Assembly: GCA_965223325.1 (NCBI GenBank)
Contig: CBDCWI010000002.1
Coordinates: 1,344,001-1,408,000 of the forward strand
DNA from: Candidatus Multivoradales bacterium
GTDB lineage: Bacteria; Acidobacteriota; Thermoanaerobaculia; Multivoradales; Multivoraceae
DNA length: 64,000 nt
Direction of reading: 5' to 3'
A program made the translations under genes and the position numbers. Numbering within the stretch: position 1 is the stretch's first letter; each line of letters begins with the position of its first letter. The notes below the pieces were generated by a model. It was not told where the DNA came from. It was given only the letters and a program-made list of their open reading frames with translations, and did no database searches. Below are positions 48,289 to 57,340 of this stretch, piece by piece.

Positions 48289-49042
48289 GTCGACGCATGC
48301 GACCGATCAGCTCGCCACCCAGCTTGCGATAGGCAGACGCGCCGGGAGACCAGCTCTGGTATTCGAGCACCGTGTAGCCATCGCGCGGCGCCCGCGCCAA
48401 GGCGACGTTCAGCGGGATTTCTGTATTCAATACCCGTCGACCGTAGGCTTCGCGGATCGCACCGCCAGAGATGGCGGTTTCGCCGCTGCGATGATCGACC
48501 ATCGTGAGCGCAATGCCCAGGAGATCGCCCGGACTATCGAGCGGCGCCGTCTCGAGCGCTTGAAAGAAGCGTCGGAGGGCGTCGACCGAGAGCTCATGGG
48601 CAGTGGTCGGGATCACGTACCCGTGGCACGCCTGAAGCGCCATCGACGGCAGAATGGACAAACCAGGAGGCGCATCGACCAGGATGACCTCGTAGTGCCG
48701 TCGTATCGGTGCCAAGGCGCGTTGCAGGACGCGCGTTGGGTCACGCCTTCGTGCCAGCGTTAAGTCGGCACCGGCCAGACGGATGTCACTGGGAAGAAGC
48801 CGCACGCCGTCGAGCCCGGTCTCGATCACCGAGCGCGCGACCGACGCATCGTCGAGCAGGACGCCGTGAACACTGGGGCCCTGCCAGTCATTCGGCAGTC
48901 CGAGGGAGTAGCTGGCTGAGCCCTGAGGGTCCAGATCGACAACCAGGGTGCGCAGACCAGTCTCGGCGAAAACTGCCGCGAGGTTGACGGCGGTGGTGGT
49001 CTTCCCGACCCCGCCCTTGACGTTGACGAACGAGAGAATCAT
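48275..49042 (-). CDS. Orphan ParA/Soj family ATPase
   Basis: KGGVGKTTT deviant Walker A, DLDPQG, DAPP; no parB nearby. Confidence 0.9.
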   Translation of the reverse strand: MILSFVNVKGGVGKTTTAVNLAAVFAETGLRTLVVDLDPQGSASYSLGLPNDWQGPSVHGVLLDDASVARSVIETGLDGVRLLPSDIRLAGADLTLARRRDPTRVLQRALAPIRRHYEVILVDAPPGLSILPSMALQACHGYVIPTTAHELSVDALRRFFQALETAPLDSPGDLLGIALTMVDHRSGETAISGGAIREAYGRRVLNTEIPLNVALARAPRDGYTVLEYQSWSPGASAYRKLGGELIGRMRRRGLL

Positions 49043-49085
49043 GGGGCACAAGTATACGCACCAGGCTCCCAGCCGCCACCTGAAC

Positions 49086-50372
49086 TCAGGTCATGCCAGC
49101 CAGGCGGGCCTCCAGAAACCTCCGCAGTGGGCGGTTTCCAGCCACGTCCAGTGCGCGCTGGAAGCTCGCCTTCGCCGCTTCCGTCTGGCCTGCGCGGCGG
49201 AGAACCTCGGCGCGCACGACGTGAAACGGCGGATGCACCAAAAGGGTCTCTTCACGCTCGAGGGGCCCAAGCAGCTCGAGGGCTCTCTTGAGACCGTGAA
49301 CTTCGAGAACCGCCACCAGGCGGTTGAGTTCGACCACCGGCGAAGGTGCCAGCCTCGAGAGCCGATCGTAGCAACGCAGAATCTGTTCCCAGGGGACCTC
49401 CGCGTGACTCGGCGACAGGGTATGGCAGGAGGCAATCTCGGCCTCGAGGTGGAAGCGAGTCTCCGACTGGCCGCGCGCGCTCCGCCTGAGTCGTTCGAGC
49501 CCACGGCGAGAAAGCGCGCCGTCCCAGACACTGCGATCTTGCTCCGCGAGCACCACCACAACTCCTTCGGCGTCGAGTCGCGCTGGAAGACGCGCTGCCT
49601 GAAAGAGGAACAAAGCCGCAAGAGCGTCACACGAAGGATGTTCGGTCACCGGGTGATCGGCAAGCAGTTCAGCCAGCCGCACCGCCTCGAGACAGAGCTC
49701 CGGGCGAATCAACTCCTCGTCTTCGAAGGCGGCGTAGCCACGGTTGAACATCAGGTACAAGCTGGCCTGGACGGCCGCTACTCGCTCAGCCAGTTCCTCT
49801 GGCCCGGGAAACTCAACCGGCACGTCGAGCGCCCGCAGCCTGGCGCGGGCGCGCACCAGACGTTGTGCAACGGTCGCTTCGGCGACCAGAAAACCGCGCG
49901 CGATCTCACGAGCGCTCATCCCGCCGGCGGTCGACAAGACCAACGCGACGCGCGATTCCTCGGAGAGCGCCGGATGGCAACAGGCAAAGATCAGCCGCAG
50001 TTGATCGTCCTGGATCTCGCCACGAAACCCGGCAGGCGACCGCTCGGCTCGCCCCAATCGGCGCTCGATCTCGTGCTCGACAGCAGAACGGCGTTCGTCG
50101 AAGCGCCGTTCGCGACGTAGACGATCAATCGCTCGATTGCGCGCGACGCGCGTGATCCAGGCGCGCGGGTTGTCCGGTACGCCATCCCATGGCCAGCGCT
50201 TCAAAGCCTCGACGAAGGCCTCGGAGACGACGTCTTCGGCGAGGCGCAGACCGTCGCTGCCGAGAATGCGAGCCAGGAGCGCCACCAACTCACCGGAGTG
50301 GCGACGAAAGAGGTTGTCGATCGCCAGCTCAGGGCTCTGGCCAGAACCATCGGCGGCTAGAGCGTCAGGCAC
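49086..50372 (-). CDS. ECF sigma factor with C-terminal TPR-like extension (ECF42/DUF6596-type)
   Basis: AED...EAF, W...G.P..P.AW...A.N..ID..RR, D.LRLIFACCHPAL, YLMFN.GY, QDRS.WD, SPVVELNR; start re-called at GTG 50372. Confidence 0.88.
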   Translation of the reverse strand: MPDALAADGSGQSPELAIDNLFRRHSGELVALLARILGSDGLRLAEDVVSEAFVEALKRWPWDGVPDNPRAWITRVARNRAIDRLRRERRFDERRSAVEHEIERRLGRAERSPAGFRGEIQDDQLRLIFACCHPALSEESRVALVLSTAGGMSAREIARGFLVAEATVAQRLVRARARLRALDVPVEFPGPEELAERVAAVQASLYLMFNRGYAAFEDEELIRPELCLEAVRLAELLADHPVTEHPSCDALAALFLFQAARLPARLDAEGVVVVLAEQDRSVWDGALSRRGLERLRRSARGQSETRFHLEAEIASCHTLSPSHAEVPWEQILRCYDRLSRLAPSPVVELNRLVAVLEVHGLKRALELLGPLEREETLLVHPPFHVVRAEVLRRAGQTEAAKASFQRALDVAGNRPLRRFLEARLAGMT

Positions 50373-50373
50373 G

Positions 50374-50727
50374 CTAGCCCGAAAGGACTTCGATCTGGCG
50401 GAGTTCGATGCGCCGCCCAGGCCGCAGGTGGGGGCAGCCTCTCGAAATCTCGACCGCCTCGTCGTAGGAATCGGCCTCGATGAGGAAGTAGCCGCCGATG
50501 ACCTCCTTGGACTCTGCGTATGGTCCATCGACGACAACCACCTCTCCACCCTGGAGGGAGAGAACCCGGCCACCTTCGTCGTGCAGCTTCTCTCCGCCGA
50601 TCAGCTGGCCGGCTTCACCGATGCGCCGCGACCAGGCCTGGTACTCGGCAATCACCGCCTGAATCTCAGAAGGCGACGGCTGGTTGGAGTTGGGATCTTC
50701 GTGGAGCAAGAGAATGAACTGTGGCAT
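50374..50727 (-). CDS. YciI/DGPF domain protein
   Basis: DGPYAESKEVIGGYF..., IELRQI; start ATG 50727 with GGAGG RBS; directly upstream of the ECF. Confidence 0.9.
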   Translation of the reverse strand: MPQFILLLHEDPNSNQPSPSEIQAVIAEYQAWSRRIGEAGQLIGGEKLHDEGGRVLSLQGGEVVVVDGPYAESKEVIGGYFLIEADSYDEAVEISRGCPHLRPGRRIELRQIEVLSG

Positions 50728-50803
50728 GCGGACAGACCTCCGTTTTCGTTGGGTCGACTGGTTGAGCCTTCTATGAGGCGAAGGAGCCGCCTCGTAGGTA
50801 GCT

Positions 50804-50830
50804 GACGCTCGAGACCGGGCCAACTCGACG
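50804..50830 (-). promoter_or_regulatory. Candidate ECF42-type autoregulatory promoter
   Basis: Minus strand CGTCGA-N17-CGTC upstream of yciI-ECF; resembles the ECF42 motif as I recall it (-35 TGTCGA, -10 CG(A/T)C). Confidence 0.5.
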
Positions 50831-51023
50831 CCGATCCTCCACTTCGCTACAAAAAAAGTAGCGGACCCGAGCCGACCGTGAAGTCAACCGGGCCCGCCGT
50901 GCCCAAAGGTCAGGGGCTCAACTCTCGCAGCGTCCCCGTGCCTCCGGCTGCCGGGCAGGCAAACCAGTGACGACGAGCGCCGAGCGGGTCGAGAGGAACC
51001 GATGTGGTGATCTTAGCCGCAGT

Positions 51024-52184
51024 CTACCTCCTGATTTGCCTCGCTGAGGAAATCCATTGCGAGACTTTTTGCAGATTGGGCAACGCCGCGACCCGATTCT
51101 CGCGCGCGTTGGTCTCCGAAAGCCTTGCCAGTAGGGCTTCTGCGGCCTGATCGGCAAGTTCGTCGACGGTCTGAATCCCTGAAAAATGTATCAGTTCTGC
51201 GAACTGGCCCATCACGCCCTCAACCCGCATGAGATCGGCCATGCTGGTCCAGCGACCGACGACCGTTGCATCGACGTCGGGCCGCGACAGGGACGCGGCG
51301 ATCGCAGCCCGCTGCTCTGCGTCGCGACCCCGCTCGAGCAGATCGAGGGTGGTCGAAATGCCGATTGCGCGAAGCCTTCGGCCGTAGCCTGGGCCGATAC
51401 CCTCGATCTCCTCGACCTCGTAGCCGATGCGTGCCGCCTCTTCGTTCTCGCCGAAGACCAACTCGCTGGGCCGACCACCCGCCTGCCGAATCCAGTCGGC
51501 CACCTCGTGCAAACGGATCTCCATTCGGGTGCGGTTCTCACGCTCGTTGACCTGGAGGAGCCGCGCTTCGAGGTCGTCGGGCTTCTGGCGCGCCAACTCG
51601 ACCACCGAACTGATGCCGGCGAACTCGAGGAGCTCGGCGAACTGACCACGCACTCCCTGGATTCGGCAGAGGTCGGCCATGTTGTACCAACGGCGCACGA
51701 CCTTTTCCGTCACGTCGTCGTGCTGGACCCGCGCTGCGATGCGACGGAGCTCCTCGGCCCCATCGCCGCGCGCTAGCAGGTCCGCCGTCGTCGCGATACC
51801 CAGCGCGCGCATGTCGCGACCGAAGGCTGGGCCGATGCCCTCGATCTCTTCGATCTCGTAGGAGTCTGCTGCCAGCCGTGGGTCGAGCCCGAAACGGGTA
51901 TCGACAGGGTCGGCCTGCATCGCCGCCGCCGGTACGACGGCCGGTTCAGGAGCTACCGCGGCCTCGTGACGGTCGACGTCGGCGGCCATGGCCGCACGCA
52001 CCTTGTCGCGACGACGCGCGCCGTCTCCGCCAACCTCTGCCGCCAACCGGTCGCGCTCGGCCTCCAAGGCCCTGATCCTCTCGCGTGCCCACGCACCGAG
52101 ACCGAGCCAGCCGAGAGCCGCTCCGAGAAGAGCCGCCAGCAGCAAGCAGGGCCAGAATGTCGTCAGTACCTGACTCAGCAGCAT
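51024..52184 (-). CDS. Membrane-anchored protein with two tandem DUF4332 (helix-hairpin-helix) domains
   Basis: N-terminal TM; two repeats 146 aa apart, each IEGIGP...GI.TT.DLL..G...W..MADL.R..GV..QFAEL....GI..V.ELA...W. Confidence 0.85.
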   Translation of the reverse strand: MLLSQVLTTFWPCLLLAALLGAALGWLGLGAWARERIRALEAERDRLAAEVGGDGARRRDKVRAAMAADVDRHEAAVAPEPAVVPAAAMQADPVDTRFGLDPRLAADSYEIEEIEGIGPAFGRDMRALGIATTADLLARGDGAEELRRIAARVQHDDVTEKVVRRWYNMADLCRIQGVRGQFAELLEFAGISSVVELARQKPDDLEARLLQVNERENRTRMEIRLHEVADWIRQAGGRPSELVFGENEEAARIGYEVEEIEGIGPGYGRRLRAIGISTTLDLLERGRDAEQRAAIAASLSRPDVDATVVGRWTSMADLMRVEGVMGQFAELIHFSGIQTVDELADQAAEALLARLSETNARENRVAALPNLQKVSQWISSARQIRR

Positions 52185-52197
52185 CGAACCACCCTCC

Positions 52198-52353
52198 TCA
52201 CGCGTCCAGACGCAAACGCAAGCTCTCGATCTCGTCTTCGAGACCGCGAGCCGTGGAACGAACGCTGCTTCGCCTCATCGAGGCTCCAATCCAGGCGAAC
52301 AGCAGCATGACGATCGCTGTAAGGAGGAAGAAGGTCGGAAAGAGCATGCCCAC
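52198..52353 (-). CDS. 51-aa single-pass membrane protein (ArfB-like position), absent from the ORF track
   Basis: GTG overlaps the upstream TAG; GGAGG RBS; MGMLFPTFFLLTAIVMLLFAWIGASMRRSSVRSTARGLEDEIESLRLRLDA. Confidence 0.75.
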   Translation of the reverse strand: MGMLFPTFFLLTAIVMLLFAWIGASMRRSSVRSTARGLEDEIESLRLRLDA

Positions 52354-53069
52354 TACTGAATCCCTCCGTACTGGATCTCGACCCGGCGATTGCTCTCGCG
52401 TGGCGCGTTCTCGTCTTCGGAGACCGCCAGGGACGTTTCACCGGCGCCGCGGACGGAAATCCGGTCGGCACTGACGCCGCGGACTGTGAGGTACTCGGAA
52501 ACCGCGGTCGAGCGGCGCTCTGACAAACGCTGGTTGTAGGCCGCGTTGCCCTGCGAGTCTGTGTGCCCGGTGAGGGTGAGGGTCAGGTTGGGACACTGTT
52601 CTGCGACTTCGGCGACCCGATCGAGGGCCGTGGTGGCATCAGGGCGCAGCACAGCACGATCGGAGTCGAAACGCACCTGGACGTTGGCCAGTGCCGCATC
52701 CATCGCGCTCCGGCAGTCGATCGCAACGGTTTCGGAAGCCAGGTCAGGCGAAGCAACAGCCTCCGTCGCCGGTTCTGGTGCTGGCTCGGAGACCGCTCGC
52801 ACCGTCAGCTGGTTGTCGACCCGCCGTACCCACGGGTCATCCAGAGCCGCCCGCTCGGCCGCCTCGAGCGCCGCCTCGTCGGCCACTTCGCCAGTCAGAA
52901 CGAGCTCTACGAGACCCGGATGGGAAACCTCGACTGCGCTATTGGCGATTCGATCCTGAGCTCCCGCCACCACCGACGCACGGAGCGGGTCGAGGTGACA
53001 CTGCGTACAGAAGAAGCAGATGCCCAAGAAGGCGCCAAGACCGATCAACCAGGTCAGGGCTCGACTCAT
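52353..53069 (-). CDS. Inner-membrane-anchored BON + OmpA-like peptidoglycan-binding protein (ArfA-like architecture)
   Basis: N-terminal TM; L.LTGEV...V..V.NQL.V BON; VRFD, GHTDSQG, YNQRLSERR, NRRVEI OmpA-C. Confidence 0.88.
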   Translation of the reverse strand: MSRALTWLIGLGAFLGICFFCTQCHLDPLRASVVAGAQDRIANSAVEVSHPGLVELVLTGEVADEAALEAAERAALDDPWVRRVDNQLTVRAVSEPAPEPATEAVASPDLASETVAIDCRSAMDAALANVQVRFDSDRAVLRPDATTALDRVAEVAEQCPNLTLTLTGHTDSQGNAAYNQRLSERRSTAVSEYLTVRGVSADRISVRGAGETSLAVSEDENAPRESNRRVEIQYGGIQ

Positions 53070-53535
53070 CGGAAGGATCTCCTAGAAACGTTCGGTACCC
53101 CGCCCCTCAGTCTCGGGTGCTGCGAGTCGCGGTCTCCGGCCGCCTGTTGGCAGCCTCGAAAACCCACACCCCTCCCCCGAAGCCAGGTTCATTCGAACCC
53201 GAAACCCCGACAGGACCTCGCAACGCGTCACCGCGCCACCACTGAGCTAAGGAAAGCGTGCGTTCAATATGCTTTCGCCACGGCGGGTTGTCAACCACGA
53301 GCCAGCGGCACCGAGCCACGATTACGACAACCTTGCGCCCGAGAGAACCGACCTGTCGAGAGTTATTCGAGTTTCGAACGGGTCGCTGACCCACCGGGAA
53401 ATCCTTTGATTCTTCACTTTGCACCGAACGAGCACAGCGGGCCCAGAAAGTTGCGCGAGAGCGCCAGGAAAGGGCGCCCGCACCCACCGGCGGAACACCG
53501 AAAAGCTCCCCGCTTCCGATAGCCTCGCGACCACT

Positions 53536-54720
53536 TTGCGCATCGCCTACCTCCACTACCTCTGGGGCTCGGATACTGCTCTCCTGCATGTCGAGCAACT
53601 GACGCGGGCCCTTGGTGACCTCGGGCACGAGGTCTCGGTGCACGCCCTCAACCTGGCACCGACAGAAGCCGGCGAAGGAACACCCGCCGGGCGCCGGGCG
53701 CGGTCGCTTCTGAAACGCCTCGCGCGACGCTGGCTCCACGAGCCCAAGGAACTGCTCTGGAACCTGCGCTATCTCCCCTCGGAGGTCGCTGCGCTGCGCA
53801 CGGCCGATGTCGCTCTGGTGCGAGCAGAACCCCTCGGAGCCAGCTGGATTCGAGCGGCGCGCAAGACCGGTGTTCCGGTGGTCGCCGAGGTCAACTCTCC
53901 GGTCCTCGAAACGGTCGAGTACCAACCCGAGTACACCCATCTCCCCTGGATCGCCGGCGCCCTCGAGCGCTATCGCACCAAGAACGCCAACGCCACGATC
54001 ACCGTCTCGGGACCGCTGGCGGACCATCTGGTCAAAACGACAGGGGTCTCGCCCGACCGCGTCACGGTGATCGCCAATGGCGCCGACGCCGAGCGCTTTC
54101 ACCCTGACGTCGCACCGGACAGAGAAGCCGCCGCCTTCCGCCGAACTCTCGGTTCGGGCAGCGTCGTCGGCTTCGTGGGCTCGTTTCAGTACTTCCACGG
54201 GCCTGACCTTCTCGCGGACATCCTCGGGCGCGTCCTCGAAGCCGACCAGACGACCGGCGTCATCCTGGTCGGCGATGGGCCCGGCCGGAGCGGCATCCTC
54301 GAGAAACTCGCCGTCCACCGCAACCGCGTCTTCCCGACCGGGCGCGTCGACCATGCCAGGGTGCCCGGACTGGTCGCAGCGATGGATGTCACTTTGCTTG
54401 CCGAGACCGCGTTCTACTGCTGCCCACTCAAGGTCCTCGAATGGGCGGCCGCCGGTCGTGCGGTCGTCGCACCGCGACAGGAGTCGGTTGCAGAGTTGCT
54501 CACCGACGGCGAAGCGGCCGCTCTCTTTCCCCCCGGCGACGCGGCCGCCGCCGCTCAAACGGTCGCCGCCCTGCTCACCGACCCGGAGCGCTCTTCGAAG
54601 CTCGGATGCGCCGCCGCGGCCCGCATTCGCGACGAGCTCACCTGGAGCCATACCGCCCGCAGGGTTGCGCGCGTGCTCAGAGAGGTGCGCGAGGACGCGG
54701 CCGTCGGTTCGGCAGGCTAG
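53536..54720 (+). CDS. Glycosyltransferase family 4
   Basis: ITVS..L, VIANG.D..RF, GFVGS, VGDGP, PLKVLEW.A.G; start re-called at TTG 53536 (uncertain). Confidence 0.88.
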   Translation: MRIAYLHYLWGSDTALLHVEQLTRALGDLGHEVSVHALNLAPTEAGEGTPAGRRARSLLKRLARRWLHEPKELLWNLRYLPSEVAALRTADVALVRAEPLGASWIRAARKTGVPVVAEVNSPVLETVEYQPEYTHLPWIAGALERYRTKNANATITVSGPLADHLVKTTGVSPDRVTVIANGADAERFHPDVAPDREAAAFRRTLGSGSVVGFVGSFQYFHGPDLLADILGRVLEADQTTGVILVGDGPGRSGILEKLAVHRNRVFPTGRVDHARVPGLVAAMDVTLLAETAFYCCPLKVLEWAAAGRAVVAPRQESVAELLTDGEAAALFPPGDAAAAAQTVAALLTDPERSSKLGCAAAARIRDELTWSHTARRVARVLREVREDAAVGSAG

Positions 54721-55490
54721 TCCCCCGGGGCGTCGCCAGGGTCGGAGTCGTCTTCATCGGGCCAGTGCACCCTGAAGCGTCGCCCACCTACGACCAGGTG
54801 CTCGAGATCCTCGTCCATTCCGCGAAGCAGGTCGAAACGCACCATGTCGGCCAGCATCACTTCGCCATGCCTGGAAGACTGAGCGAACAGGCGCTCGTAC
54901 TGATCGAAGCGCAGCGTCTCGAGGTCGAGCGAATCTCGTTCGCTGTTGTCGAGCACCACCGACAGGCTGCCCTCCTCGTCCAACTGATGACTCCGGCCGG
55001 TCAACGGCGTGATCAGACAATCCAGGTAGCTCTTGTCGTACCACTCGTCACTGACCCGGTACTCGAAGAACCACAGTCCGAGTTCAGGCTCCCACCCCAT
55101 GTTCTCGAGAAAGAAGCGCTGGAGACGTTCAGCCACCGGTCGCCCCTGCCACCACCACTTGCGCTCGAGGTCGACGTGAATCGGCTCGTAGCGAAACTCG
55201 GCCAACGCCTCGTCGAGAGGCACACCACGCGCTAGGGCACGCGCAATCGGTACCGGTGAGTAGGTGCCTCTAGCGAGACCAGGCAGGCGCGCGACCAGGT
55301 CCTCTAGAACTGCGCCAACGGCTGGGTCCGCCAGAACCGAGTCGGCGGTTGCGGGGTCGCCCAGGAGGACCTCCCACTGGGAGTCGATGAGCGGATTCTG
55401 GAAATGCTTGCCGTACTTGAAGAACAGGTAGCAGCTCTCGACCGCGAGCAGCCGGGCCGCTATTCGAACGGGATGTTCGGATGCGACCAA
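54717..55490 (-). CDS. Hypothetical protein, possibly DUF1285-like C-terminal region
   Basis: Coding-like composition fills the gap downstream of the ADH; W.W.G.P.. and ..TP..., L...LDN...L.L motifs; start uncertain. Confidence 0.6.
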   Translation of the reverse strand: MVASEHPVRIAARLLAVESCYLFFKYGKHFQNPLIDSQWEVLLGDPATADSVLADPAVGAVLEDLVARLPGLARGTYSPVPIARALARGVPLDEALAEFRYEPIHVDLERKWWWQGRPVAERLQRFFLENMGWEPELGLWFFEYRVSDEWYDKSYLDCLITPLTGRSHQLDEEGSLSVVLDNSERDSLDLETLRFDQYERLFAQSSRHGEVMLADMVRFDLLRGMDEDLEHLVVGGRRFRVHWPDEDDSDPGDAPGD

Positions 55491-55524
55491 GCAGGTTCTT
55501 CGTGTCCGGCGCGCAGACCGCGAG

Positions 55525-56613
55525 TCAGGAATCGAAGACGATGACCTGACGCGCGACCTCACCGGTCTTGAGCGCATCGAGAGCATCGTTTATGCCCGCC
55601 AGTGGAATCTCATCCGAGATCAGCGCATCGAGTTCCAGGCGGCCATTCAGGTAGAGCTCAACGTAGCGTGGCATATCGAGACGGAACTGGTTCGAACCCA
55701 TCAACGAACCCTGGATCTTCTTCTCCTGGAGGAACTCAGGCCCGTGCAGCTCGATGTTCGTTCCGACCGGAATCATGCCGATCACGGTCGCGGTACCACC
55801 GGGGCGCAACATCTTGAAGGACTGCTCGGTGGTGACCTTGAGCCCAATGGCCTCGAAGGAGTAGTGCACCCCGCCCGAGGTCAACTCGCGCACCGCACCC
55901 ACGACGTCGTCGGTTTCGCCGGCGTTGACCGTGTGGCTCGCTCCGAACTTCTTCGCCAGCTCGAGCTTCGAGCCCAGACGATCGACCGCAATCACCCGGC
56001 CGGCGCCTGCCAGCGCGGCGCCGTTGATGCAGCTCAAACCAACGCCGCCGCACCCGATGACCGCAACGTCGGTGCCCGGCTCGACCGCTGCCGTACGGAA
56101 GACCGCACCTAGACCGGTGGTCACGGCACAGCCAATGACAGCGGCGCGGTTCATGGGCATGTCCTTGCGGATTTTCACGATCGCGTGTTCGTGGACCAGC
56201 ATCTGTTCCGCAAACGAAGACAGGTGTAGAAACTGGTGCATGCCGACTCCCTGCCGGGTCATGCGCGGCTCGGCGTCGTGTGGACGGTCGGTGGCCGAGC
56301 CGCCGCAGCGACTCAGGTGCCCACCGAGACAGTGCTCACAGGATCCACAGAAGACCGACAGGCAGGTAATGACGTGATCACCCGGTTCGACATAGCTGAC
56401 GTCGCTTCCAACCTGCTCGACGACCCCGCACGACTCGTGGCCGAGCACGGTAGGCAACGGCACCGGATAGGAGCCTTCGACGAAGTGCAGGTCGCTGTGG
56501 CAAACCCCCGCCACCGCGGTGCGAATCAGAACCTCGCGAGGGCCCGGCTTGTCGATCTGGATGTCTTCGATCTCGAGTGGTTTGCCCACCTCACACAGAA
56601 CAGCGGCCTTCAT
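55525..56613 (-). CDS. Zn-dependent alcohol dehydrogenase (class III-like MDR)
   Basis: GVCHSD, GHE, CGSCEHC...C structural Zn, GCAVTTG, GCGGVG. Confidence 0.93.
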   Translation of the reverse strand: MKAAVLCEVGKPLEIEDIQIDKPGPREVLIRTAVAGVCHSDLHFVEGSYPVPLPTVLGHESCGVVEQVGSDVSYVEPGDHVITCLSVFCGSCEHCLGGHLSRCGGSATDRPHDAEPRMTRQGVGMHQFLHLSSFAEQMLVHEHAIVKIRKDMPMNRAAVIGCAVTTGLGAVFRTAAVEPGTDVAVIGCGGVGLSCINGAALAGAGRVIAVDRLGSKLELAKKFGASHTVNAGETDDVVGAVRELTSGGVHYSFEAIGLKVTTEQSFKMLRPGGTATVIGMIPVGTNIELHGPEFLQEKKIQGSLMGSNQFRLDMPRYVELYLNGRLELDALISDEIPLAGINDALDALKTGEVARQVIVFDS

Positions 56614-56664
56614 GGAGCATCTCCGGGTCTTTGATTCTACGAACCGACGGGGAAACTCACTCTC

Positions 56665-57288
56665 CTATGTCGGACTGCGGCGCGTCAAGGCACGAACCGT
56701 TCTAGTTTCGGCGGCGCTCCCGACATCGACGGTGGGTTCTGGACACGGTGTCGCGGCTTCGAAGCCCTTCATCCAAACTGGCGACGGTAGGCCATTTCGA
56801 CCGCCGTCAACGTCGTCCAGGCCCTCGGCGAGGACTCGCCCCAGAGCAGCGATCAGATCCTCGATCGCAAACGGCATCTCGACCAACTCGCTTCGCTCAG
56901 CCGGCCCCAGGGGATCATCGGCGCAACGCAAGAGATGGAGAAAACGCCGCGCAGCACCACTCCCTTCGAGGCGGTACTCGCTCACCACGAGGTCGAAGCG
57001 CGGCGCCTCATCGTCGTTCGAAGCCGCATTCTCGGGGTCGATCCGGCCCGCAACCAGACCCGTTGCATCCGCCACCCAGGTGGTCTCGATCCCCTGGGTC
57101 TCGAGCATCGCCTGGATCAACTCGGCGCGCGCCGGGCGGGCGTCGACGACCAGCGCACGCGGGGCCTGCCAGACACCGCCGGAGAACTCGTAAGCCCTTT
57201 TCTTACAGAGACTTACAGAATCCTCTCCGGCGCGGTCCGTGGCCGGGCGCTGATGCGGGAACTGGTGGGGATACACGGTGCTGGCCAT
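56665..57288 (-). CDS. Degenerate (pseudo-)receiver domain protein
   Basis: ALVVD...LETQG...DLVVSEYRL...MPF.IEDL follows the REC fold with D-to-E and K-to-M changes; start uncertain. Confidence 0.55.
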   Translation of the reverse strand: MASTVYPHQFPHQRPATDRAGEDSVSLCKKRAYEFSGGVWQAPRALVVDARPARAELIQAMLETQGIETTWVADATGLVAGRIDPENAASNDDEAPRFDLVVSEYRLEGSGAARRFLHLLRCADDPLGPAERSELVEMPFAIEDLIAALGRVLAEGLDDVDGGRNGLPSPVWMKGFEAATPCPEPTVDVGSAAETRTVRALTRRSPT

Positions 57289-57340
57289 CCTCTAGGAGAA
57301 GGGAGTCCACTCGGGCGCCCATTGCCCCTCCGCGGCGCCG

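Noticed and set aside
48275-49042. Plasmid or prophage partition locus
   Set aside because: No parB, rep, integrase or phage genes; neighbours are chromosomal housekeeping-type genes
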